A DNA stretch of 64,000 bases from the human T2T-CHM13v2.0 reference genome, Homo sapiens, in NCBI RefSeq assembly GCF_009914755.1, contig NC_060930.1; one strand, 5' to 3'. Both the position numbers and the translations under genes were made by a program. The notes beneath the pieces are model-generated. The model ran no database searches, had not been told where the DNA came from, and saw only the letters and a program-made list of their open reading frames with translations. Below are positions 28,817-43,877 of the stretch, piece after piece; the stretch's first letter is position 1; the number at the start of each line of letters is the position of its first letter.

Positions 28817-29679
28817 TAGCAAATATATGCTGAAATGCAGTGAAACATTTGAAAAATTTGCTTGGCATTGGAACTATGGCAGTATTATCAGACCTCAAAT
28901 TAAATTTACAATCAAACCAAGAAAAGAAGACTCCCAATTTTTAAATTTTTAATTATGAGGGAAAAATGGATAATCAAGCAATCTTGATGAAAATCTCTCT
29001 TAGCATTTAGAAGATCAATTAAAGAAAAAAATGGATTTGCAAACATTATTATCAATATGACTTTTTTATTCAATGTTCTTGTAAATTACTTTTTCGTTCA
29101 GTAAAAATTTTGTGGATTAAATGCAAAAGTTACAGGTTAATCAGTGATATTTACTTTTAAAGTTAAAATACAGGGAAAAGAAGACTATAAAAATGACATT
29201 TTATTTTACATCACCTTGTTGTCTACATGGACATAGAATTTTCAGAAGTTTTATCTGTAGTCATTTTGAGCCCACAGGTTTTAATTATTTTATTAAATAA
29301 CTTACCTAATAATTAGGAGTTTAGGCCGTTAGCTTTTTTCAGTTTTACTATTTTTTTCTATAATTTCAGGTCTGTCTTTTAGTGAGAGATAGGAATTCCT
29401 AATAAGATGTTAAGTTACATGATGGTGTAAAGTTGTCATTCACTTCCTCCATCTCCAGCCCCCATAGTACTGGAAACCTCCTGCCTACCCAAGAAGTACT
29501 ATAGTGGATTGCATAGAAGGTGTGGGACTTTTAAAAATGGTAAAGAGAAATTTCAACATTTCTTTATAATTAGATAAAAAGTGAGAGACATCATGCTAAG
29601 ATTAGTCAGTCTTGGGCACCCAGTGAGCTAGGCAAAGACACACTTGTCATCTAAAACCAAAACCCCTAGAAGACAAGCA

Positions 29680-30320
29680 TGTATAGTAAGATAGTTGTAC
29701 AAAAATATTTATAGCAATGCTGTAACTGGAGAATAAACAGAACAAACCAAAACTGCAAATGCTAATAATCATTATCAGTATGATATATAAATAATTGTCA
29801 TATAGTCATATACTGAAATACTATAAAACAATTAAAATGTACCACTGTGGCAAAGAGTGATAAGCAAGGAGGATATGCATGTGTAGTGGAAAGCAGTATA
29901 TGAAAAATATCTGTACCTTCCTCAACTTTGCCATAAATCTAAAACTGCTCTAAATCATAAAGTGTATTAAACAGAAATAAATAGTAATAAATGAATGTTT
30001 ATACACATAATAACACAGGCATAATATTGACTAAAGATAAGCAAGACACATAGCATAAGATATTGTTCACCTTCACAAATAATTTAGTAAAACTACATGG
30101 AGACAAGGAATGAAAAATACAAAATCCAGATGGCAACTACTTCTTAGGAAAAAAAAACAAACAACAAGACGTAACTGTAGAAGGAAACACATCAAGTTTT
30201 AATTTAGTGGTAATAGTCTCTTTATTAATGTGGGTATTGGTGGTCACTCTATCATGATTTTTCATACCATCCATATACTTTAAAAATACTTTTATTATCA
30301 CATCAATGTACATTTTAAAA
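29680..30320 (+). mobile_element. Highly diverged L1M (L1MC/L1ME) 3' fragments
   Basis: ATCTGTACCTTCCTCAACTTTGCCATAAATCTAAAACTGCTCTAAA and flanking L1ME-like sequence. Confidence 0.5.
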
Positions 30321-30367
30321 AAGAATAAGCAAACTTCCTCATCTCAGATTATTTTTTGCTATTTGAA

Positions 30368-31200
30368 CATATATATATAAAACATATATAATATATATAT
30401 GTTATATATAACATAAATATATTATATATAACATATATTATATTTAATATATATATTATATATGTTATATTATATATGTTATATTATATATGTTATATTA
30501 TATATGTTCTATATATTATGTATGTTCTATATATTATATATGTTATATATATAACATATTATAATTTATTATATATGTTCTATATATGATATATCATATA
30601 TAATATATATGATATATCATATATAATATATATGATATATCATATATATTATATATGATATATCATATATAATATATGATATATAATATATGATATATAA
30701 TATATAATATATGATATATTATATATAATATATATGATATATAATATATATGATATATAATATATCATATATGCTATATAAATATATATAACATAACATA
30801 TATGTTATATAAATATAACATATCATATATGTTACATATAATATAACATATCATATATGTTACATATAATATAACATATCATATATGTTACATATAATAT
30901 AACATATCATATATGTTACATATAATATATCATATATGTTACATATAATATAACATATCATATATGTTACATATAATATAACATATCATATATGTTACAT
31001 ATAATATAACATATCATATATGTTACATGTAATATAACATATCATGTGTTACATGTAATATATATCATATATGTTACATATAATATATATCATATATGTT
31101 ACATATAATATATATCATATATGTTACATATAATATATATCATATATGTTACATATAATATATATCATATATGTTACATATAATATATATCATATATATA
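30368..31200. repeat. AT-rich compound minisatellite/VNTR
   Basis: Successive unit types: ~14-bp TATATGTTATAT-type units, the palindrome ATATATGATATATCATATAT, then about 14 copies of a 28/25-bp ATATGTTACATATAATATA(AC)ATATCAT-type unit. Confidence 0.95.
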
Positions 31201-31559
31201 AAATTTCAAGTTGGGTTATTTAAGTTTATTTTAGGAAATATGTTTAAATCACAGATTCTATAGCTCTATTTAGACTGTTTTCAATCACAACTTGAAAAAT
31301 CCCAAAAATATATATTAAAATGTCAAGGATAAGTTAAAATTGTGTGAAAGACTGAAAAATAAATCTGCGGTTCTGCAGACACTGCTGCTGATACACAGGC
31401 AAACAGGGTCTGGAGTGGACCTCTAGCAAATTCCAACAGACCTGCAGCTAAGGGTCCTGTCTGTTAGAAGAAAAACTAACAAACAGAAAGGACATCCGCA
31501 CCAAAAACCCATCTGTACATCACCATCATCAAAGACCAAAAGTAGATAAAACCACAAAG

Positions 31560-32574
31560 ATGGGGAAAAATCAGAGCAGAAAAACTGGCAACTCTAAAAA
31601 GCAGAGTGCCTCTCCACCTCCAAAGGAAAGCAGTTCCTCACCAGCAATGGAACAAAGCTGGACAGAGAATGACTTTGACGAGTTGAGAGAAGAAGGCTTC
31701 AGATGATCTAACTACTCCGAGCTACAGGAGGAAATTCAAACCAAAGGCAAAGAAGTTGAAAACTGAAAAAAATTTAGACGAATGTATAACTAGAATAACG
31801 AATACAGAGAAGTGCTTAAAGGAGCTGATGGAGCTGAAAGCCAAGGCTTGAGAACCACGTGAAGAATGCAGAAGCCTCAGGAGCCGATGCGATCAACTGG
31901 AAGAAAGGGTAAAAGTGATGGAAGATGAAATGAATGAAATGAAGCGAGAAGGGAAGTTTAGAGAAAAAAGAATAAAAAGAAACGAACAAAGCCTCCAAGA
32001 AATATGGCACTATGTGAAAAGACCAAATCTGCCTCTGATTGGTGTACCTGAAAGTGATGGGGAGAATGGAACCAAGTTGCAAAACACTCTGTACGATATT
32101 ATCCAGGAGAACTTTCCCAATCTAGCAAGGCAGGCCAACATTCAGATTCAGGAAATACAGAGAATGCCACAAAGATACTCCTCGAGAAGAGCAACTCCAA
32201 GCCACATAATTGTCAGATTCACCAAAGCTGAAATGAAGGAAAAAATGTTAAGGGCAGCCAGAGAGAAAGGTCGGGTTACCCACAAAGGGAAGCCCATCAG
32301 ACTAACAGCGGATCCCTCGGCAGAAACTCTACAGGCAAGAAGAGAGTGGGGGCCAATATTCAACATTCTTGAAGTAAAGAATTTTCAACCCAGAATTTCA
32401 TATCCAGCCAAACTAAGCTTCATAAGTGAAGGAGAAATAAAATACTTTACAGACAAGCAAATGCTGAGAGATTTTGTCACCACCAGGCCTGTCCTAAAAG
32501 ACCTCCTGAAGGAAGCACTAAACATGGAAAGGCACAACCAGTACCAGCTGCTGCAAAATCATGCCAAAATGTAA
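31560..32574 (+). pseudogene. L1 ORF1p, disrupted
   Basis: ATG GGG AAA at 31560. CGA>TGA stops near 31705 and 31849 and a frameshift near 31765. The C-terminal 219 aa stay open, ending QNHAKM. Confidence 0.92.
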
Positions 32575-32637
32575 AGACCATCGAGATTACGAAGAAACTG
32601 CATCAACTAATGAGCAAAATCACCAGCTAACATCATA

Positions 32638-36466
<3,829 letters not shown>

Positions 36467-37230
36467 ACAATGAGAACACATGGACACAGGAAGGGGACCA
36501 TCACACTCTGGGGACTGTTGTGGGGTGGGGGGTTGGGGGAGGGATAGTATTAGGAGATATACTTAATGCTACATGACGAGTTAATGGGTGCAGCACACTA
36601 ACATGGCACATGTATACATATGTAACTAACCGGTACATTGTGCACATGTACCCTAAAACTTAAAGTATAATAATACTTAAAAAAAAAAAAAGAATGATTG
36701 GATGGTAGCTAGAAGAGCCATAGGGTTTAAGGGGGAATTTTTTTCTTAACCTATGAGAGAAACTTGATCATTTTCCCAGGCTGAGCATAAGTAAGCAGTT
36801 AGAAGAGAGGCGTTGAGTTGAAGAAGGGATGGCTGATAAAGTCTCTAAAAGATAATGAATTAGTCTAGAACAAACTATAAAAAGGAGGGGATGGTAGGGA
36901 TAGGTTTGTAGAAAGTGAGGTAGGAAGCTTAGAGGGAGAGTAGCAAGCAAGGTGGACCACTGAAAATAAAAGTTGAGAATTGTAAAGCTTTGCCAGAGTT
37001 GATGAAAGAAATAATAAAGAGATATGCCAAATAAAAATAGAAAGATTAAGAAGTGATTTTGATGACCCAAGTTATTATAATGAATTACAATAACACCATT
37101 CTCAAAATTGTAGTATTTTTGCCCAGAAGTTTAGTAAAAGAGAGGAAAAAATTTTAGCAATGGTCCAGGGTTATATAATGATGAGAATATCTATGAGGGA
37201 AGGTATCTGAAGGTCAGATTATCAATCATT

Positions 37231-37402
37231 TTATATATATATAAAATATATATAACTGCACTATACTATAACTGTACTGTACTGTATATATACAGTATAT
37301 ATACCACATACAGTACTGTACTGTATATATATACACATATATACAGCATATATACACACATAAACTGTATATATATATACAGTATACATATATACAATAC
37401 AG
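37231..37402. repeat. (TA)-rich low-complexity repeat with ACTGT/ACAGT inverted motifs
   Basis: For example the palindrome TACTGTATATATACAGTA. Confidence 0.75.
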
Positions 37403-39099
37403 TATTCAGGAAAAAAGTCATTAAGAAAGTCTTTAAGAAAGGAAAAAAAGAGTTTCATTGAATAAAAAAATTTAAGGATATATATGAAGTCAAAGACCAG
37501 GCATAGTGGAGTAAGCTACTGAAAGAATAATATGGCATCAGACATCATGCTCAGAGAATAAGACATTTTTGCATTCAGTGATAGAACAACTTGAGCGTAT
37601 TACAAAGTTTGTAGAGTGGCCTGTGGAGTGGATGGCTGAAGTCAATTGGCAGGTAAATTCACTGGCATTAATGAAGGCAAAGAATTGTGAAGCAAATGTT
37701 ACTCACTGATAGTTGGAGTAGTTCTTTAGGGTTCTCCCAAATGGAGACAAGAGAGCAGGACATTGTGCCCCGCATTAACTAGTCATTAGATATGGGCCAC
37801 CCACAGAGAGGTAACATAACCTCATGAAAGCAGATCTTATAGCCAAAGAAAATTCCTAGAAGTTCATTAATCTGGGAGCAATCAGCTTAGCAAATGAATG
37901 CTTTAGTGTGAAACTAGGGTATACCAGTGCACTCAGTACATCACGCCCCTTAAGCCACTCAGATTCACTTCCTTCATATACTTAGATGACCACACCTGAG
38001 GGCAGCCTCTCCAAGCTTCTTCCTGGTTTGTGTTTCTGGAGGAATTTAAAAGAGGATGGTTAGTGGAATGCACCATAAATCTTGTCACTGCAGGTAGACT
38101 CTGGCTATAGCTGATACTCATTATCTTCTTCTTTTACTACCCATTCCAGATAACCCTCACACTTGGCTAGCATTTTTGTGAGTCCAGGCATCTTACCTGG
38201 TAGGGTAAACCAGACCCTCATCTCTAAAAAATCTATGTCCTCATATCATCATGCTCTTCTTAGGCTGCCCATTTACCATAAAAGTTGGCCAGGAAGAGAT
38301 TTGGTAGTGAATCACTGGTCATGATGGGTACATCTGATTATCCGGGCCAGGGCCAGTTACCCTTGCCAAAGAGATGACTACTCTTCTAGCCTGCTTGTCT
38401 TTTAAAGCCTGAAGTATTGAGGTCATAACCATAGCTATAAATTTAATGGGACTCTTACTTTATCCTTTGGTTGGAGCATTACTCTATGAGAATCAAGACA
38501 TCTAGATCACAGAAGTACAAGTTTCCTAAAGGGATCATTAGAAATTGTGGAAAGCGGGGCTTGGTTCCCGGTTTCTTAGACTCATGTATTTTACCAACTG
38601 GGCACATAGCACCATGACTAATAATGGCCATGACATAGGATGTATACTGCTTCCTGGAGAAGAGTACCTTATGATCTCAAGGTATTATCTTTACATTGTC
38701 ACAGAAGTTACGCCTTTAAAAAAACTGTTTCATCTTTCCAGCATGCCAACAGCTTTTAGAAAATGTGACATGTGATAAGACCAGATGAACCTATGGTCAT
38801 GCACTCACTTTCACACCTTCTTTGCTGTAAAGCAAGTCTGTCTGAGGTGATATTATAAATATACCTAGTTGGTAGTTCAAACACTACATAAGCCCTTATA
38901 TAGTGGTGCTGACTGAGTTCCCAAAAACAGGAAAGGAAAATCCATACCTAGCACGTGTTGATTCCAGATAAACTAAATTTCTTCCCCTTCCAGAATGATT
39001 TCATCAAGGGATAGTAGCACAACCGGGGACTCAGCATTGGTCTGTATTTCTAGCAGTTTGGATGTTCGGCATCATGGTAGCTAAATCAGTCTTGGTTGA

Positions 39100-39469
39100 T
39101 GTTATGGATTGAATGTATACTCTCCAAAATTTATCTTGAAACTTAATCCCCAATGCCACAGTATTAAGAGGTGGGGCTTTTGAAGGTAATTGAGCCATGA
39201 GGGCTTTGCCTTCATGAATAAAATTTGTAACCTTATAAAAAGGCAAGATGTAGCTAGCTAGTCACTTTTTGCCTTCTGCCTCCACCAGGTGGTTACACAG
39301 CATTCAAGGTGGCCATCTTTAGAAGCAGACAACAAGCCCTTACCAGACATTAAACCTGACAGGACCTTGACTTTGAACTTCCCACTACTAAAACTATGAA
39401 GAATAAATTCATATTCTTTATAAATTACCCAGTCAGAGGTATTTTAGTATAGCAGCACAGACAAAAACA
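39100..39469 (+). mobile_element. MaLR solo LTR (MSTC/MSTD-like) nested in the ERVL
   Basis: TGTTATGGATTGAATG...CTTAATCCCCAATGCCACAGTATTAAGAGGTGGGG...TATAAATTACCCAGTC...ACA. Confidence 0.75.
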
Positions 39470-39716
39470 GATGAATTGGACATAATTGGGCATATGAACA
39501 GCCCCTATGCCTGCCACCACAGCTAATGTGTCCAAGAGCTCATGGAGTCAGCACTGAGTTGAACAAAGATTATTTTGGCTGGGCATCATCAGATAGCTGA
39601 GTCATTCTGTCTCCTTGGTTGCTTCATGCCTCTTTTTTTTCAGGGAATGCTCTCTTCTTGGCATGTGATACAAAGATAGTCATACTTCATGCAGGTCCCC
39701 ATAACTCCATCCTGTT

Positions 39717-40072
39717 TGTCTTAGTGATTTTGGACTATTATAACAAAATACTATAAACTAGGTGGCTTATAAACAATGTATTTCTCAAAGTTCTGAAGGC
39801 TGAGACATTCAAGATGAAGGATTCAGAAGATTTGGTGTATGGTGAGGACATGCTTCTTGGTCCATAGGCAGCAACCTTCTTGCTATATAATCACCTGGTG
39901 GAGGAGTTAGGGAGTTCTCAAGGGTCTCTTTTATATGGGCACTAACCCCATTCATGAGGGCTCCATCTTTATGACATAATCACCCACCAAAGGCACTATC
40001 TCCTAATACCATTAGATTGGGGGAAAGGATTTCAGCATTTGAATTTGTGGGGGATACAAACAGTCTATAGCA
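39717..40072 (-). mobile_element. MaLR solo LTR (MLT1A-like) nested in the ERVL
   Basis: TGTCTTAG...ATAACAAAATACTATAAACTAGGTGGCTTATAAACAA...TCATGAGGGCTCC...TATAGCA. Confidence 0.75.
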
Positions 40073-40095
40073 CTATTTTAAACTATAACTTTATT

Positions 40096-40676
40096 GTTAT
40101 TCAGATATGGTGAGACCAACATATCAATGAATGATTACCACTGAAAACATGTTGTATTCACAAATTTCAACAGAAGGGGCCATGCCATGCCATGGGAGGC
40201 TACAAAAGGAAGTACTGGGGTTAGTCAGGTGGTAGAAGGAGGAGAGAAACTGGCAAGAGCTTTTATTGTGCTTTCCTTGTGAAGGAACATGTGAGACAGT
40301 ATAAGCAGGTATAGAATAGTCTGTTTTGAATAATTTCAGTGGGCTCAGGGATGTAGGAGCTGTCCCTTTTTGTTTGATAGATGGCCCTGGAATAATTAGG
40401 GCAAAGGAATAGTGGCCCAGAGTGTAGGAGTATAAGATCTTGATAAAAGAGCTGACTGAATTATGGATTCTGAATTAGTTGATTTTCATTTGAAAGGTGC
40501 ACTCTCAGGTGAGTTGTTTGCTATCTCTTGGAATTAGCTAAGCGTAAGAGGGGCAGTCCCTCCTGGGTCAGCATGCCCCCAAGATGTTGAAACATCTTGT
40601 CAAAACAAAATGTGAGTCTTTGTCAAAACATCTTCATCAAAATAAAAAATATGAATAATAAAACATGATAAATACA
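40096..40676 (-). mobile_element. Old solo LTR (ERVL-type, family uncertain)
   Basis: About 580 bp with TGTT...TACA termini and TTTATT (minus-strand poly-A signal) near 40262. It interrupts the ERVL internal region. Confidence 0.55.
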
Positions 40677-43600
40677 CATCCATATGCCTCTTCCCCATAC
40701 CTCCTGGTCCATGATTTTCCAAACTTTATCCTTCCAGGACCCTAGAAAAAACAGCCAAGCTATTTACCACTGCCAATGAATGGACATATATTTTTACTTC
40801 AAGCCACTTCTCTCCACAGAGAGTGGATGACCAGGTCAAAACACAGGGCGTAAATTCTCATAGGGTTCTCTTTGTTAAGATTCATACTTGCCGCCACTTG
40901 CTCTTCTGATTAACTTGATGCCATCAATATAATGAATATCTGTGAAATGTCCAGACGACTCAGACCTTTTCCAACTATCTCATGACAAAGAGTAGGAGAG
41001 TTAACATCTCCCTGGAGCAAAAGCATAAATGCACATTCTTATCTGTCCTACATTAATTCAAATGGCTTCTGTTCTTTTTTCTTGCTGTGAAAAGAATAGA
41101 TTCACTAGATCAATCTACCTAAGGCTGTACTGATCTACTTTAGAAGACATATCACATCTAATACAGCAGCTGCAATGAAATTTAAAATTTGCCTGTGTGT
41201 AGCCCATGTCCATGTCACTGATATTTACCAGGATCTATCTATTTCTTAAGGACCAGACTAATGAATTAAATAAACATATGGAGACCAGCATCCCTGAATC
41301 TATTGACATTCTTAAGGGTGGTACTCTTCTCTGAACTTTGTTTTAATGTATTATCTTGGCTGGGGTAGGAAAAGGAGGTGGAAAGTGGGAGTGGAGTCAG
41401 TTGCAGAGCTTCCATTTGGCTTTCCTACTATCTTAGTTCTCACCACTCAGAAAAACAGTGCAGATGTTCTGCCAACTACTAAATGTGCTCATTCTAATTG
41501 TATAATGAGGGGCTCAGGAAATAACTACCAGATAGATTTGTGGACCCAGCGAGCTGAACCTGGGCCAGGATTCTAATTTTTAACCTAATACACATGTGTC
41601 TTCTTCTCTAACAGAGGTGTTTGGCGGTTATTTTGGATCCCAGGTTATCAACCTTAACCTAAGCCCTGTGTCCAACAGTCTTCAAAATATCTGCATCTTC
41701 CTCTTACTTGTGTGAATGGCCATAGGTTTCTGGAGGGGGGATTATTACATATACCTGCCATGGTATTACAAGATACCTACTCACGAGGATACAGCCTTTC
41801 CTCAATCAGCAATTCAGAATGTAAAAATATTGTGAGATCTGTAAGTTAAACAAGGGATCACAATGCTTTAATGAGGGGACCTTCCAATAAATCTGTGAGT
41901 TTTTTTTTTTTGTTGTATGAATCTTATGAATTGAGCAGAACTCATTGGCTGTCCATTTATCTTGCTCCTAGGAATACCATGTTTTATATATCCATAGCTC
42001 TCTGTAGGCCAGTTCCCCTGGGCTTCCCTTTTGACTTTGCTACCAGTTATAATCACTGCATCTCTATTACTTTTGATGCTTAAATTTCCTGTCACCTGAC
42101 CTTTCTTATTCTGGAGCCCATCATCCCCACTGCTATCAGAAACCTCCTTAGTGTAACATCATCCCCTATGTTACTCCTGTCCTATAAAAAAACATGCATT
42201 GCTGAGTTACTCAGACATACTGATGCCCCCTCATTAGAGCATCTCTTAACAGTTTACAGGTAGTTTATTCCAGATTCCCCAACAGTGTGCAGGGGTTTTC
42301 AAGCCTTACATGGTGCACCTCCACCAGCATGCTCACCTCTCTCAACCTCTTGATTCCTTCTTTTACTGCCTGCTATAGATAAGTTCCAGTGGCTCCAGTT
42401 TATTTATTGAGGACTGTCATTTTGTTCAAGCTTCCAAGAATGGTGCCATGTTATCACTGCTTCCTAAGGTCTTCAATAGGGTAATAAATCTTGTATTATG
42501 AGATAGTGCTCCCATATTGATAAACTCTCTCTTATCTAATATTATGCTCCACCTTCCCACCTTGATTCAGCACCCTCAGAATCAAATCACTCCCTGGTGC
42601 ATGTTGGCTGGTCCTACATCTCTTCCATTTAGTCTCAGCATTTCTTGGGCAGGGCAGTGTTGTGACTTTATACTAGTTATTTTTCTGATGGCCATAAGGG
42701 GAAGTGGGGATAGATCTTGAAAGCCTGTGCATTATCTTGTGAGGTAGAAGCCTCTGCATTGCCTTAGAGCAGTGGAGGAATACTAAGCTATAACAGAAAA
42801 GAGTAGGCTGTTTCTACTGGCCTGTGTCCAAGGGAATCTGGAGATTCAAGATTTTCAAGTACATTGACTCAGATGTCTCATCACACATCTGAAGCTAAAA
42901 TACCTTTGCAATCTAGACCCTGAGCATAGTAGTTTTGCCAGGGTTAAGGACCCAACATTCTTTGGAGCTTTTCTGCCTTTATAAGTAGGTCATGTGCCTA
43001 ATCCCCAGCTATTCTTTGCCCTCTACCTGCTAGAAATAAAACTTTCTTTATATGCTTCCTAAGAGACCCTCCACTTTCTCCTATCACCTTAAATTAGTGA
43101 TTAATCAACTTCGGCCTTTCATTGCTTTTTTTCCCCCCAGTAGTACCCAGCAAGGACCAGGAGATTACCTACTCCTTATACTATTACTTTATTCAAACTT
43201 CTTCAAATTTTCTAATTTCAAAAAAATACTCTTTTATAATATGTATTTAAATAGATACTTAACTTCGACAATAATATTAAAACTAATGTGGTTTTCACTC
43301 TTCCTCCTTATAAATAACTCTGATGAGCTCAATTGCACATCTTCCTTTTTTCCCATCTACTTATTTGAGTTAAACTCAAAGAGAAATTCTGTGGCACAGT
43401 GGTTTATCAGTCTTGAAAGCATTTGGTATATATTGTCAAATATGTTCCAGAAATGTTAGACCAGTTTACACTCCCACTAGCAATGAATAAGAGCAACTGT
43501 GTCCCTAGATATTTCAACTTTAGTAATATTCATTGTAAGTTTTGCTAATATGGTAAGACAAAAAGATATTTTCTATTTTATTTTAAATATTTTGAGTTGA

Positions 43601-43843
43601 GTTTTAAATATATTAACTAACAGCTTTTTTTTGCAATTTGCCCATCTAGATAAATTTTTTGAAAAGGTCAACAATAATGTTCAGAAGAACAAGTAAAGAC
43701 CTCTGGTGCAGTGTTTCGCAAACTGTTCTCTGAATATTCCTATGCTTTGATACTGAGAAAATTAGGAGTTGGAGGAAGGGAGTCATTTTGGGGAAGCAGC
43801 CATGCTGTGGAGAATGGAAAGATAGCTAGCACTATTGGCGCGT

Positions 43844-43844
<1 letters not shown>

Positions 43845-43876
<32 letters not shown>
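43845..43876. repeat. (CA)16 microsatellite
   Basis: Direct reading; preceded by GCGCGTG. Confidence 0.97.

Positions 43877-43877
<1 letters not shown>

Larger units (their letters stand above)
37720..43080 (-). mobile_element. Decayed ERVL-class provirus (LTR16-like 3' LTR at about 37720-37940 plus HERV16/ERV3-16A3-like internal region)
   Basis: Minus-strand translation at about 40900-41070 gives LLQGDVNSPTLCHEIVGKGLSRLDISQ, then a frameshift, then IHYIDGIKLI, matching ERVL RT LPQG/YIDD motifs. LTR16-like sequence lies at the left end. Boundaries are approximate. Confidence 0.75.

Noticed and set aside
30800-31200. 28-bp hairpin repeat array as CRISPR-like
   Set aside because: No unique spacers, no cas genes and a eukaryotic context; it is a minisatellite.
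36510-36543. G-quadruplex motif
   Set aside because: Known standard feature of the L1 3' UTR.
43052-43459. 135-aa hydrophobic ORF
   Set aside because: T-rich composition artefact over TE relics, with no domain.
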